From: Candidatus Sysuimicrobiota bacterium
GTDB lineage: Bacteria > Sysuimicrobiota > Sysuimicrobiia > Sysuimicrobiales > Sysuimicrobiaceae
Length of the DNA: 12,109 nt
NCBI GenBank assembly: GCA_040289515.1
Contig: PSLI01000048.1
Coordinates: 1-12,109, forward strand
Direction of reading: 5' to 3'
Both the position numbers and the translations under genes were made by a program. Positions 5,345 through 12,109 of the stretch are shown piece by piece. The notes beneath the pieces are model-generated. The model searched no databases and had not been told where the DNA came from. It saw only the letters and a list, made by a program, of their open reading frames with translations. How positions within the stretch are numbered: the first letter of the stretch is position 1; the number at the start of each line of letters is the position of its first letter.

Positions 5345-6451
5345 GCACCCGGCGCGTGGGGCCCCGGGCAGCGGGCATGACGGGGATTTTGGTTGCGATA
5401 CCCTGATTAGGGAAAGCGCTAGCTGGGAGGTAAGCGCATGGGCGTGTCGGTCAGGAGGTTGACGTTCGCCGCGTTCGCGGCGCTGGCGGCATCGTGGGGC
5501 GTGGCCGCAGCCCCGGTACAGCGTGTGAATGTGCAGATGAAGGAGTTCGCCTTCGTCCCGGCCACGGTGAGCCTGAAGGCGGGGGTGTCGACGGTCGTGG
5601 TGCTGTCCAACCGCGGGGTGGTGGAGCACGAGTTCATGGTGTACGACGCGGGCGGTCTGCACATGGCGGGCATGGGCCACGACGAGAGGCACCGGCAGCT
5701 GGAGGCGCGGAGCTACTTCCGTGGCGTGGCCGTGCAGGTGGAGGGCAAGGCGCCGAAGGTGGAGCGGATGGGCAAGGACCTGGTCATGCTCAACCTGGCT
5801 CCCGGCCAGCAGGTGGTGCTGCGGTTCGTGCCCCGCAAGCGCGGCACCTTCGAGATGGGCTGTCACCTCCCCGGGCACTACGAGGCGGGGATGAAAGGCA
5901 CCTGGGTGGTGCGGTAGCGAACGGGGGCTTCCCAGGGGCTGCACCCGCTCCACCAGCCGGTCGCACTCCCGCTGTCCTTCCCGCCAGCGGTCCAGGGGTT
6001 TGGCGCACACCACGTGGATCCGCCGGTCCGGGAACACGAAAAGGACGCCCACCGCGACCCACTGACCGGCCAGGGCGCTGCCTGTCCCTTCGAACCGGTA
6101 GCGAAGCGGGCCCGCGTCCTGCACCCGCTGGAACTTGGCCACCCCGTGGAAGGGCAGCTGCGAGAAGGCCTCCTGGCGCAACGGATCGTCGTGCGCGGGC
6201 GGCGGGCCCGAAAGCAGCCGCACGCTCAGGAACTCCGTGTACCGGAGGGGATCCGGCTCGGGACTCTCGCGGTTTGGCACCACCTGCAACCAACGCCCGT
6301 CCCCGGAGCGCAGCACCTGCCAGCCCTGGGGGTGGTCCAGGGCCACCTGTAGCAGCGGGTCCTCGTACCGCACCAAGGGAGCGGGCCCCCGGGCACAGGC
6401 CTCCAGCAGCCCCGCTACCACCACCGCGGTGAGCCACGCGCGGGCGGCCAT
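5327..6451 (-). CDS. Hypothetical lipoprotein (PsbP/DcrB-like by eye). Credible region about 6451-5930; the first in-frame stop is at 5327
   Basis: ATG at 6451 overlaps the permease TGA (TGATG). MAARAWLTAVVVAGLLEAC is a signal peptide with a lipobox-like LEAC, followed by YEDP....ALDHPQGW. After VERVQPLG the frame is simply the antisense of the cupredoxin gene. Confidence 0.6.
   Translation of the reverse strand: MAARAWLTAVVVAGLLEACARGPAPLVRYEDPLLQVALDHPQGWQVLRSGDGRWLQVVPNRESPEPDPLRYTEFLSVRLLSGPPPAHDDPLRQEAFSQLPFHGVAKFQRVQDAGPLRYRFEGTGSALAGQWVAVGVLFVFPDRRIHVVCAKPLDRWREGQRECDRLVERVQPLGSPRSLPHHPGAFHPRLVVPGEVTAHLEGAALAGHEPQHHLLAGSQVEHDQVLAHPLHLRRLALHLHGHATEVAPRLQLPVPLVVAHARHVQTARVVHHELVLHHPAVGQHHDRRHPRLQAHRGRDEGELLHLHIHTLYRGCGHAPRCRQRRERGERQPPDRHAHALTSQLALSLIRVSQPKSPSCPLPGAPRAGCLAHRH
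5399..5413. promoter_or_regulatory. CsoR/RicR-like operator candidate
   Basis: TACCC-TGATT-AGGGA, one mismatch from TACCC-N5-RGGTA. It follows a TTGCGA -35-like hexamer and ends 24 nt before the cupredoxin ATG. Confidence 0.45.
5438..5917 (+). CDS. Exported cupredoxin (plastocyanin/azurin family, CopI-like)
   Basis: GGAGG RBS and signal peptide. MKEFAFVP, type-1 copper ligands H (VEHEF) and C-x4-H-x4-M (GCHLPGHYEAGM), and a His/Met-rich insert LHMAGMGHDERH. Confidence 0.93.
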   Translation: MGVSVRRLTFAAFAALAASWGVAAAPVQRVNVQMKEFAFVPATVSLKAGVSTVVVLSNRGVVEHEFMVYDAGGLHMAGMGHDERHRQLEARSYFRGVAVQVEGKAPKVERMGKDLVMLNLAPGQQVVLRFVPRKRGTFEMGCHLPGHYEAGMKGTWVVR

Positions 6452-8307
6452 CAGCGGGTGAGGTAGTACGGCACGTCCGCCAGGACCTTGTACCGCCTCA
6501 GGCGGCGCTGCCGGAACAGCAGGGCGAACTTCAACATGAGGGCGGTCTGGTTGTGCAGCAGGTGGTGCCACCACTTGCGCGGGACGAACTCCGGCAGCAC
6601 CACGGTGAGGGCGGTGTCCGGGCCCGCCTCCCGCTGCACCTGGTCCAAATACAGGAGGATGGGGCCCACCACGGAGCGGTAGGGCGAGGGCAGGACCACC
6701 AGGGGCACGTCCGGCACCCACCGCTCCCACTTCCGCTCGATCTCCTCGCGGGCTCCGGGCTCGATCTCCACGAAGACCGCGGTGACGTCGTTGCTCACCG
6801 CCTTCGCGTACCGAAGGGCCTCCAGGATGCCCCGGTGGACGTTGTTCACGGGCACGATGACCTTGTGGGCCCGGAAGGGGCGGGGTGGCTTCGCCCGCTC
6901 CAGGGACAGCTGGACCTTGAGGTCCTCGTAGTGGCGGTGGATGGCCTGCATGAACACGACCAGGGACCCGATGACGAACACGGTGATCCACGCCCCGTCC
7001 AGGAACTTCACCGCCGCCACTTCCAGACCCACCAGGGCCGTGCACGCGGCACCCAAACCGTTGATGGCCAGCTGCAGCCGCCACGGGCCTGACCGCGAGG
7101 CTAGCCAGTGCCGGACCATGCCCGCCTGGGACAGGGTGAAGCTCACGAACACCCCCACCATGTAGAGGGGGATCAGGTTGTGCACGGTGGCCCGGAACAC
7201 CGCGATCAGGAACGACGCGGTGGCGCCCAGAAGGAGGATCCCGTTGGCGAACACCAGGCGGTCACCTAGGTTGGCCAGCTGGCGGGGTAGGTAGCGGTCC
7301 CGGGCCAGGATGGAGCTGAGCCGGGGGAAGTCCGCGAAGGCGGTGTTGGCCGCCAGCACCAGGATCAACATGGTGGCGGCCTGGACCACGTAGTAGAACC
7401 AGCCGCCCTGGAACAGCGCCCGGGCGATCTGGGAGACCACCGTCTCCTCTTCCCGGGGGAGGACCCCCATCTCCTGGGCGAGGAAACTAGTCCCGAAGAA
7501 GAAGAACCCCAGGAGGGTCACCATGGCGATGAGGACCCGGCTAGCGTTGCGCGCCTCCGGGGGGTAGAAAGCTTGCACCCCGTTGCTGACGGCCTCGACG
7601 CCGGTGAGGGCCGCGGTGCCGGAGGCGAAGGCCCGCAGCACGAGGAACAGGGTGAGGGGGTGTGTCGCCGCCAGCGTCTCGGGACGGTCCACTCGCGGAA
7701 GTTGGCCCTCCAGCCAGGTCCACAGGCCCGTGAGGATGGTGGTACCGAAGGCGAAGATGAACAGGTAAGTGGGGATGGCGAAGATGGTACCGGACTCCCG
7801 TACGCCCCGGAGGTTGCCGATGGTGATGAGGGCCACGAGAGCCACCGCCAGGTCCACCCGGTACGGGTACAGGCGGGGCAGGGCGGAGGTGATGGCCGCG
7901 ACACCGGCGGAGATGCTCACCGCCACCGTGAGCACGTAGTCCACCAGGAGGGCTGCCGCCGCCACCAGCCCCGGCAGCGTCCCCAGGTTCTCGTGGGCGA
8001 CGATGTACGCCCCGCCGCCCGATGGGTACGCGTGAATGGTCTGATAGTAGGAGGTGGCCACCACGGCCATGAGGCCCACGATGGCCGCGGACACGGGGAC
8101 CGTGAACGCCAGCGCCGCGCTCCCCGCGAACACCAGGACGCGGAGGATCTCCTCGGTGGCGTACGCGCTGCTGGAGAGAGCGTCGCAGGCGAAAACCGCG
8201 AGGCCCTTCAGCTTGGTCAGCCGTTCGTGGCGCAGCCTCTGCGTTTCCAGGGGGCTGCCCACGAGGGTCCGCCACAGGGTGGCCGGGAGCGCTCTGGCCC
8301 TTAGCAC
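6451..8307 (-). CDS. kimA: APC-superfamily permease, KimA/YdaO-type K+/H+ symporter
   Basis: Motifs DALSSSAYATEEI, AYPSGGGAY.VA.ENLG, DYVLTVAVS, ALTGVEAVSNGV, AANTAFADFPRL, LIPLY.VGVF.SFTLSQAGM, and a cytoplasmic domain with SPYRS and LLHNQTAL. Length 618 aa is typical of the family. Confidence 0.88.
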   Translation of the reverse strand: MLRARALPATLWRTLVGSPLETQRLRHERLTKLKGLAVFACDALSSSAYATEEILRVLVFAGSAALAFTVPVSAAIVGLMAVVATSYYQTIHAYPSGGGAYIVAHENLGTLPGLVAAAALLVDYVLTVAVSISAGVAAITSALPRLYPYRVDLAVALVALITIGNLRGVRESGTIFAIPTYLFIFAFGTTILTGLWTWLEGQLPRVDRPETLAATHPLTLFLVLRAFASGTAALTGVEAVSNGVQAFYPPEARNASRVLIAMVTLLGFFFFGTSFLAQEMGVLPREEETVVSQIARALFQGGWFYYVVQAATMLILVLAANTAFADFPRLSSILARDRYLPRQLANLGDRLVFANGILLLGATASFLIAVFRATVHNLIPLYMVGVFVSFTLSQAGMVRHWLASRSGPWRLQLAINGLGAACTALVGLEVAAVKFLDGAWITVFVIGSLVVFMQAIHRHYEDLKVQLSLERAKPPRPFRAHKVIVPVNNVHRGILEALRYAKAVSNDVTAVFVEIEPGAREEIERKWERWVPDVPLVVLPSPYRSVVGPILLYLDQVQREAGPDTALTVVLPEFVPRKWWHHLLHNQTALMLKFALLFRQRRLRRYKVLADVPYYLTR

Positions 8308-8314
8308 AGTAGCC

Positions 8315-8343
8315 TATATACTCCGCGCCTTGCCGCCGCGCAA
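8315..8343 (-). promoter_or_regulatory. Candidate sigma70-type promoter for the permease
   Basis: Minus strand TTGCGC-N17-TATATA, ending 7 nt before GTG 8307; a conspicuous AT-rich patch in this GC-rich context. Confidence 0.35.
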
Positions 8344-8346
8344 GCA

Positions 8347-8363
8347 CGCCGGTCAAACCGGCG
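8347..8363. terminator. Short GC-rich hairpin after the riboflavin kinase-YbaK gene; possible weak terminator
   Basis: CGCCGGT-CAA-ACCGGCG, 8 nt past the TAA. The U-tract on the minus strand is poor (UGCUUG). Confidence 0.3.
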
Positions 8364-8371
8364 GGCGGATT

Positions 8372-9220
8372 TTAGGGCGCGTCCTTCAGGTCCACCACTT
8401 GGGCTCCGGTGAGGGCCCGGAGCTGGCCCGGTGCGATGGCAAGCAGGGCGTCGGGGGAACCGGCACCCGCGTACACCAGGTCGGCGTGCAGCAGAGCCTC
8501 ATCCATAAAGACGGGCAGGGGCTGCGCGTGCCCCACGGGGGGCACCGCACCGGCGGGAAAGCCCGTGATCCGGGCCACCGTGTCCGGGTCCGCGGGCCAC
8601 ACCCGGCGGGCCCCCGCCGCGGTCGCGAGCTTGTCCGGGGACACGCGGTGCGCGCCGGACACCAGGGCTAGAACCGGGCGACCGTCTGCCAGAAACAGGA
8701 GGGACTTCACGATGCGCTGCGGGCTGGTGCCGAGGGCCTCGGCGGCCTCGCGGGCGGTGCGGGTGCTCCGCCCGAACCGGTGCAGCTCGACCCGGACACC
8801 CCGCCGCTGCAGTTCCAAGGCCACCCCGGCTGCAGGATCCGTAACCAGCCCCAGCGCCTCGCGGCAGGCCCGCACGTCCTGGGCGATCTGGGCCCTCAGA
8901 GCGTCCGGGGAGTCGAACGCCAGGACGGGCCGGATCCAGCGCACCACCTCCACCTCCACCGACGGCGGAGGGGCTGGTAACTCGCAGTCCAAAAGGTGTA
9001 CCTCCAGGGACGGCTCTTCCTCCCCGAAGGCGGGCACCGGGCCGTAGTGCAGCGCTGCGGGGTGGCTGCGGCCTTCGATGCGTACCCAGCAGGCATAGAT
9101 GCCGTGCGGAAGCTGCAAACCCTGCGGGATCTTTAGGTTCACCGTGGGAAAGCCTAGGGCCTTGCCCCGCCCCTTGCCGCGGATTCGCTGCGCCTGGAAC
9201 CGGATCCCTAGGGTTTCCAC
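8372..9220 (-). CDS. Riboflavin kinase domain fused to a YbaK/EbsC (aminoacyl-tRNA deacylase) domain
   Basis: N-terminal about 124 aa: GKGRGKALGFPTVNL, GIYA, LEVHLLD, WIRP...F.S...L..QI..D (flavokinase). C-terminal about 158 aa: RTAREAAEALG...IVKSLLF, LVSGAHRV, TGFPAGAVPPVGH, VYAGAGS (YbaK superfamily). The GTG start overlaps the exoD 3' end. Confidence 0.88.
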   Translation of the reverse strand: METLGIRFQAQRIRGKGRGKALGFPTVNLKIPQGLQLPHGIYACWVRIEGRSHPAALHYGPVPAFGEEEPSLEVHLLDCELPAPPPSVEVEVVRWIRPVLAFDSPDALRAQIAQDVRACREALGLVTDPAAGVALELQRRGVRVELHRFGRSTRTAREAAEALGTSPQRIVKSLLFLADGRPVLALVSGAHRVSPDKLATAAGARRVWPADPDTVARITGFPAGAVPPVGHAQPLPVFMDEALLHADLVYAGAGSPDALLAIAPGQLRALTGAQVVDLKDAP

Positions 9221-9861
9221 GGCAGCCGCCAGACCATCCAGTAGGCGAAGGCCCGCAGAGCCTCTAGGCCCAGACCCACCAGGGCCAGGACCCCGACCGC
9301 GAGGCCGGTACCCACCAGGAGGAACACGCCGTCGCGGTTCATCAGCCCGATCCCCACCGCCAGCATGGACAGGCCCGGGAGGCTATTGAGGAACGGGAGG
9401 GGAAGGAACAGGACAACCCCCATGGCCAGCACCACCACCGCGGTCAACCGCAGCAGGGCCTCGTCTCCCATGGGCGTCCACCGCGGGCGGGAGAACCGCT
9501 CGAACCGCTGCAGAAGCGATACTCCTCGTTGCCGGAGAGCGGCCACCGCAGCCTCCGACAGCCGGTACTGGGCGAGCCGACGTGGGATCCACGGCTGCCG
9601 GCGGCCGGCCAGCATCTGCAGCCCGCCCACCACGTACAGCAGCCCCGCCATGGCCGCGGTGCCGGGCGGGAGGATGGGGATGAGGGTGAGCAGGGCCAGC
9701 AGGACAATGGCCAGGCCGAAGCCGCGCTCCTCCATGCGCTCCATCAGGCTTCCCACCGTCACCGGTCCCCGTGCGGCGGTCAGGAGCTGGTCCAGGATCC
9801 CGGAAAGGGGTAGCTCCCCCGGTGGCACATGCCGGGAAGTCTGCGCAGTCGGGGGGTTCAT
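9208..9861 (-). CDS. exoD: ExoD-family membrane protein
   Basis: VTVGSLMERMEERGFG, LIPILPPG, QMLAGRRQPWIP, LPLPFLNSLPG...GLMNRDG. Start is ATG 9861 or GTG 9882. Confidence 0.88.
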   Translation of the reverse strand: MNPPTAQTSRHVPPGELPLSGILDQLLTAARGPVTVGSLMERMEERGFGLAIVLLALLTLIPILPPGTAAMAGLLYVVGGLQMLAGRRQPWIPRRLAQYRLSEAAVAALRQRGVSLLQRFERFSRPRWTPMGDEALLRLTAVVVLAMGVVLFLPLPFLNSLPGLSMLAVGIGLMNRDGVFLLVGTGLAVGVLALVGLGLEALRAFAYWMVWRLPWKP

Positions 9862-9882
9862 CCCGTGCGTAGTGTACCGCAC

Positions 9883-10998
9883 CTACCCGAACCGGCGGGC
9901 GGACAGAAACCCCACGGGCAGGCGGCTGGTGCCATGCTGCACCAGGTCCGCCACCACCTCGCCCACCACGCTGGTGAACTTGAAGCCGTGGCCCGAGCAG
10001 GCGGAGCACACCACCACGTTGGAGAACTCCGGGTGCCGGTCCAGCACGAAGTGCTCGTCCGGCGTGTTGGTGTACAGGCACGTGCGGGCGTCCTGTACCC
10101 CTCCGTCTGCTTCCGGGAGCCTCCGGGCCAGCTGGGCCCGCAGCCAGCGCGCCTCCTCCAACTGGGGCGGCGGCACGCGGTCGGGGTCTGCAGCCTCGCC
10201 CCCGTGGTGACGTGCTGCCTTGAAGCCCCGCCCCGCCACCGCGGGGATGCCGTAAAAGAAGCCCTCGGCGGTCTCCCACACGAACACCGGAAACGTCTCG
10301 GGTACAAACCACTCGGAGCGTCGGGGCCGGAACCAGAAGACCACCTGGCGTTCCACGGAGAGGGGCAAAGCCCACCGCGCCAGCTCCCGCATCCAGGCCC
10401 CTGCGGCCAGCACCAGGTTCGTGGCCTCCTCGGTGCCCGACCCCGTGCGGACGCAGACCTTCGTGCCGTCGCTGTCCCACTCCAGCACCGGGGTATGGAA
10501 GCGCAGCTCCGCCCCGTGCCACCGCGCCAGTTCCTGGTGGGCGCGCACACAGGCCTCACACAACAGGATGCCGGCCCGGGGTTCGTACAGGGCCTGCTCG
10601 TCCTCCGCCAGGCGAAACGCGGGGAACCGAGCGCGGACCTCCGACGGGCTCAACAGCTCGTGAGGCAGACCGTACCGGCGTGCGCTGGAAAGGGCCCCAC
10701 AGACCAGGCGGCCTGCGGAAGGTCCCACCATAAGCCCGCCGCAGACCCGCAGCAGCTCCGCGCCGGTGAGCCGCTCTAGCTCCCCCCACAGCTCGTAGGC
10801 CCGCAGCAGAAGAGGGACGTAGTCGGGGTGCTCGAAGTACGCCTGGCGGATGATGCGGGTGTGGCCGTGGCTGGAGCCGCGGTCGTGCAGGGGGCCGAAG
10901 CGTTCCAGCCCCAGCACCTGTAGCCCCCGGCGGGCCAGGTGGTAAGCAGCCGCGCTGCCAGCACCGCCCAGCCCCACCACCACGACGTCGTACGCCAC
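9883..10998 (-). CDS. solA: N-methyl-L-tryptophan oxidase / monomeric sarcosine oxidase family flavoenzyme (371 aa)
   Basis: GAGGAGG RBS 5 nt before GTG 10998. YDVVVVGLGGAGS FAD motif, GSSHGHTRIIRQAYFE, flavinylation Cys in TCLYTNTPD, CSGHGFKF. Confidence 0.93.
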   Translation of the reverse strand: MAYDVVVVGLGGAGSAAAYHLARRGLQVLGLERFGPLHDRGSSHGHTRIIRQAYFEHPDYVPLLLRAYELWGELERLTGAELLRVCGGLMVGPSAGRLVCGALSSARRYGLPHELLSPSEVRARFPAFRLAEDEQALYEPRAGILLCEACVRAHQELARWHGAELRFHTPVLEWDSDGTKVCVRTGSGTEEATNLVLAAGAWMRELARWALPLSVERQVVFWFRPRRSEWFVPETFPVFVWETAEGFFYGIPAVAGRGFKAARHHGGEAADPDRVPPPQLEEARWLRAQLARRLPEADGGVQDARTCLYTNTPDEHFVLDRHPEFSNVVVCSACSGHGFKFTSVVGEVVADLVQHGTSRLPVGFLSARRFG

Positions 10999-11008
10999 CT
11001 GAGCCTCC

Positions 11009-11395
11009 TCAAGGCCGCGCGATCCGTACAGCCGTCCACCTGCCCGTCGAGCCGCCGGGGCCCCGGTAGGTCCCCGCACTGCGGCCCTCTTCTACCCTCC
11101 CTTCGAAGGTGAGCACGCTGACTCCTCCGTGCAGCACGCCCCAGCGGATGTGGGACCCTTCCACCACGCCGACGATGCGCGCCCGGGAGAACCAGGTACC
11201 CTCCAGCGCGATGCGGCCGGAGATCCGGTTGCCGCTCTGACTCACCTGCACGCGGAAGGTACCGCGGCTCACCCCGTCGTCGGATGCCCAACGGCCCACC
11301 CAGGTCCCGGAGAGGTCGGGGGCACGGCCGCAGCCCGCCAGCACCAGGGCGGCTATGAGCCAGACCCGCCGGTTCAGTCGCCGTGAGCCAGCCAC
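11009..11395 (-). CDS. Small hypothetical lipoprotein (about 128 aa, all-beta)
   Basis: GTG 11395 then RRLNRRVWLIAALVLAGC (canonical LAGC lipobox); mature part DLSGTWVGRW...GTFRVQV...GRWTAVR. Fits exactly between ALDH and solA. Start is uncertain. Confidence 0.7.
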   Translation of the reverse strand: MAGSRRLNRRVWLIAALVLAGCGRAPDLSGTWVGRWASDDGVSRGTFRVQVSQSGNRISGRIALEGTWFSRARIVGVVEGSHIRWGVLHGGVSVLTFEGRVEEGRSAGTYRGPGGSTGRWTAVRIARP

Positions 11396-12109
11396 ACGCC
11401 CTTCACCTGGGTGGCGCGGCGCAGAAACTCCTCCCCCTCTCCGAAGGCGGGGTCGAACCAGTCCCGGGGCTCGGTGCACGTCCACGTGCGCTTCAGGTTC
11501 CCTACAGACTCCCGCTCCACCGCCGCGGCGCCCTCCGGGGTGCCGAAGTACCACAGGCCGTCCACGTCGTCGTGCTGGGCCAGCACCAGGGCCAACCCTT
11601 CCCGGTCCCCGGTCAGGACGTTAACCACGCCACCTGGCACGTCGGAGGCTTCCAGCAACTCGTACAGGTCCCCGGCCACGAGGGGGTGCCGCTGCGACGG
11701 GACGACCACCGCGGTGTTGCCCGCGGCCACCACCGGTGCCAGCAGGGAGACCAGGGCCAGCAGAGGGAACTCGTCGGGGCAGGCGATCCCGACGACCCCC
11801 AAAGGCTCCCGCAGGGCCAGGACCAGAAGGCGGGCCTCCGCGGTGGCGTACACGGTTCCGTCGAGCTTGTCGGCCCACGCGGCGTAACTGAACAGGCGCT
11901 GGGCAGCGATGGCAACCTCCCGGCGCGACAGCTCGACAAGCCCCGTGGCCCGTGCAAGGCGGCCGGCAAGCCCCCCGGCACGCCGCTGCAGGTTCTCCGC
12001 CAGGTCAAACAGCACCTGGGCACGGCTGGTGCCGGAGGCCGCGCTCCACGCGGTGGAGGCTGTGCGGGCGGCCTCCACCGCGTTGCGGACGTCCTTGCGG
12101 CCAGCTTCA
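11374..12109 (-). CDS. Aldehyde dehydrogenase family protein, C-terminal domain of ALDH16 type (partial; 5' end outside the window)
   Basis: EAGRKDVRNAVEAA, RAQVLF..AENL, YAAWADK.DG, REPLGVVGI, GNT.V, P.GVVNVLTG, SVGNLKRTW, TQVKGVW. This is an NAD-binding-like fold ending without a catalytic domain, as in the second half of ALDH16. Confidence 0.88.
   Translation of the reverse strand, partial: EAGRKDVRNAVEAARTASTAWSAASGTSRAQVLFDLAENLQRRAGGLAGRLARATGLVELSRREVAIAAQRLFSYAAWADKLDGTVYATAEARLLVLALREPLGVVGIACPDEFPLLALVSLLAPVVAAGNTAVVVPSQRHPLVAGDLYELLEASDVPGGVVNVLTGDREGLALVLAQHDDVDGLWYFGTPEGAAAVERESVGNLKRTWTCTEPRDWFDPAFGEGEEFLRRATQVKGVWLAHGD

Noticed and set aside
6452..7084. 5' part of the 585-aa ORF 5327..7084
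   Set aside because: It is an alternative frame inside the permease gene; the real gene starts at ATG 6451.
9208..9300. FMN riboswitch or a split ribF upstream of the riboflavin kinase
   Set aside because: The upstream sequence is the exoD coding region, with no intergenic space and no adenylyltransferase (HxGH) domain.
10999..11079. Extended start of solA at 11079
   Set aside because: Overlaps the lipoprotein gene; GAGGAGG before GTG 10998 and the immediate FAD motif fix the start.
11374..12109. ALDH lacking a catalytic Cys domain as a pseudogene or novel enzyme
   Set aside because: Matches the known non-catalytic C-terminal domain of ALDH16-type proteins; the catalytic half would lie outside the window.
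1..12109. CRISPR array, IS element, integrase, tRNA or anti-phage defence system
   Set aside because: No regularly spaced repeats, terminal inverted repeats, recombinase motifs or cloverleaf seen. The 'Abi' alias of CPBP is not evidence of phage defence.

Overview
High-GC (roughly 70% by eye) bacterial chromosomal window with no rRNA, tRNA, CRISPR array or transposase that I can see. Right part (minus strand, mostly overlapping or abutting genes): C-terminal domain of an ALDH16-type aldehyde dehydrogenase (partial), small lipoprotein, solA/monomeric sarcosine oxidase-family flavoenzyme, ExoD protein, a riboflavin kinase-YbaK/EbsC fusion, a KimA/YdaO-type APC permease and a lipoprotein whose frame lacks its own nearby stop. 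Middle (plus strand): an unusual Lnt (apolipoprotein N-acyltransferase) fused to a degenerate CPBP/CAAX-protease domain. It is followed by a partly decayed copper-response cluster: CopR-like 11-bp direct repeats, a frameshifted exported protein, a SHOCT protein, a deleted response regulator joined to a second SHOCT remnant, a CsoR-like box and an intact cupredoxin. Left part (minus strand): a universal stress protein remnant, a DUF6062-like Cys/His protein and a translationally coupled MFS transporter (partial; absent from the supplied ORF track). The most interesting items are the Lnt-CPBP fusion beside copper genes and the riboflavin kinase-YbaK fusion. All family calls come from motif recognition by eye; no searches were run.
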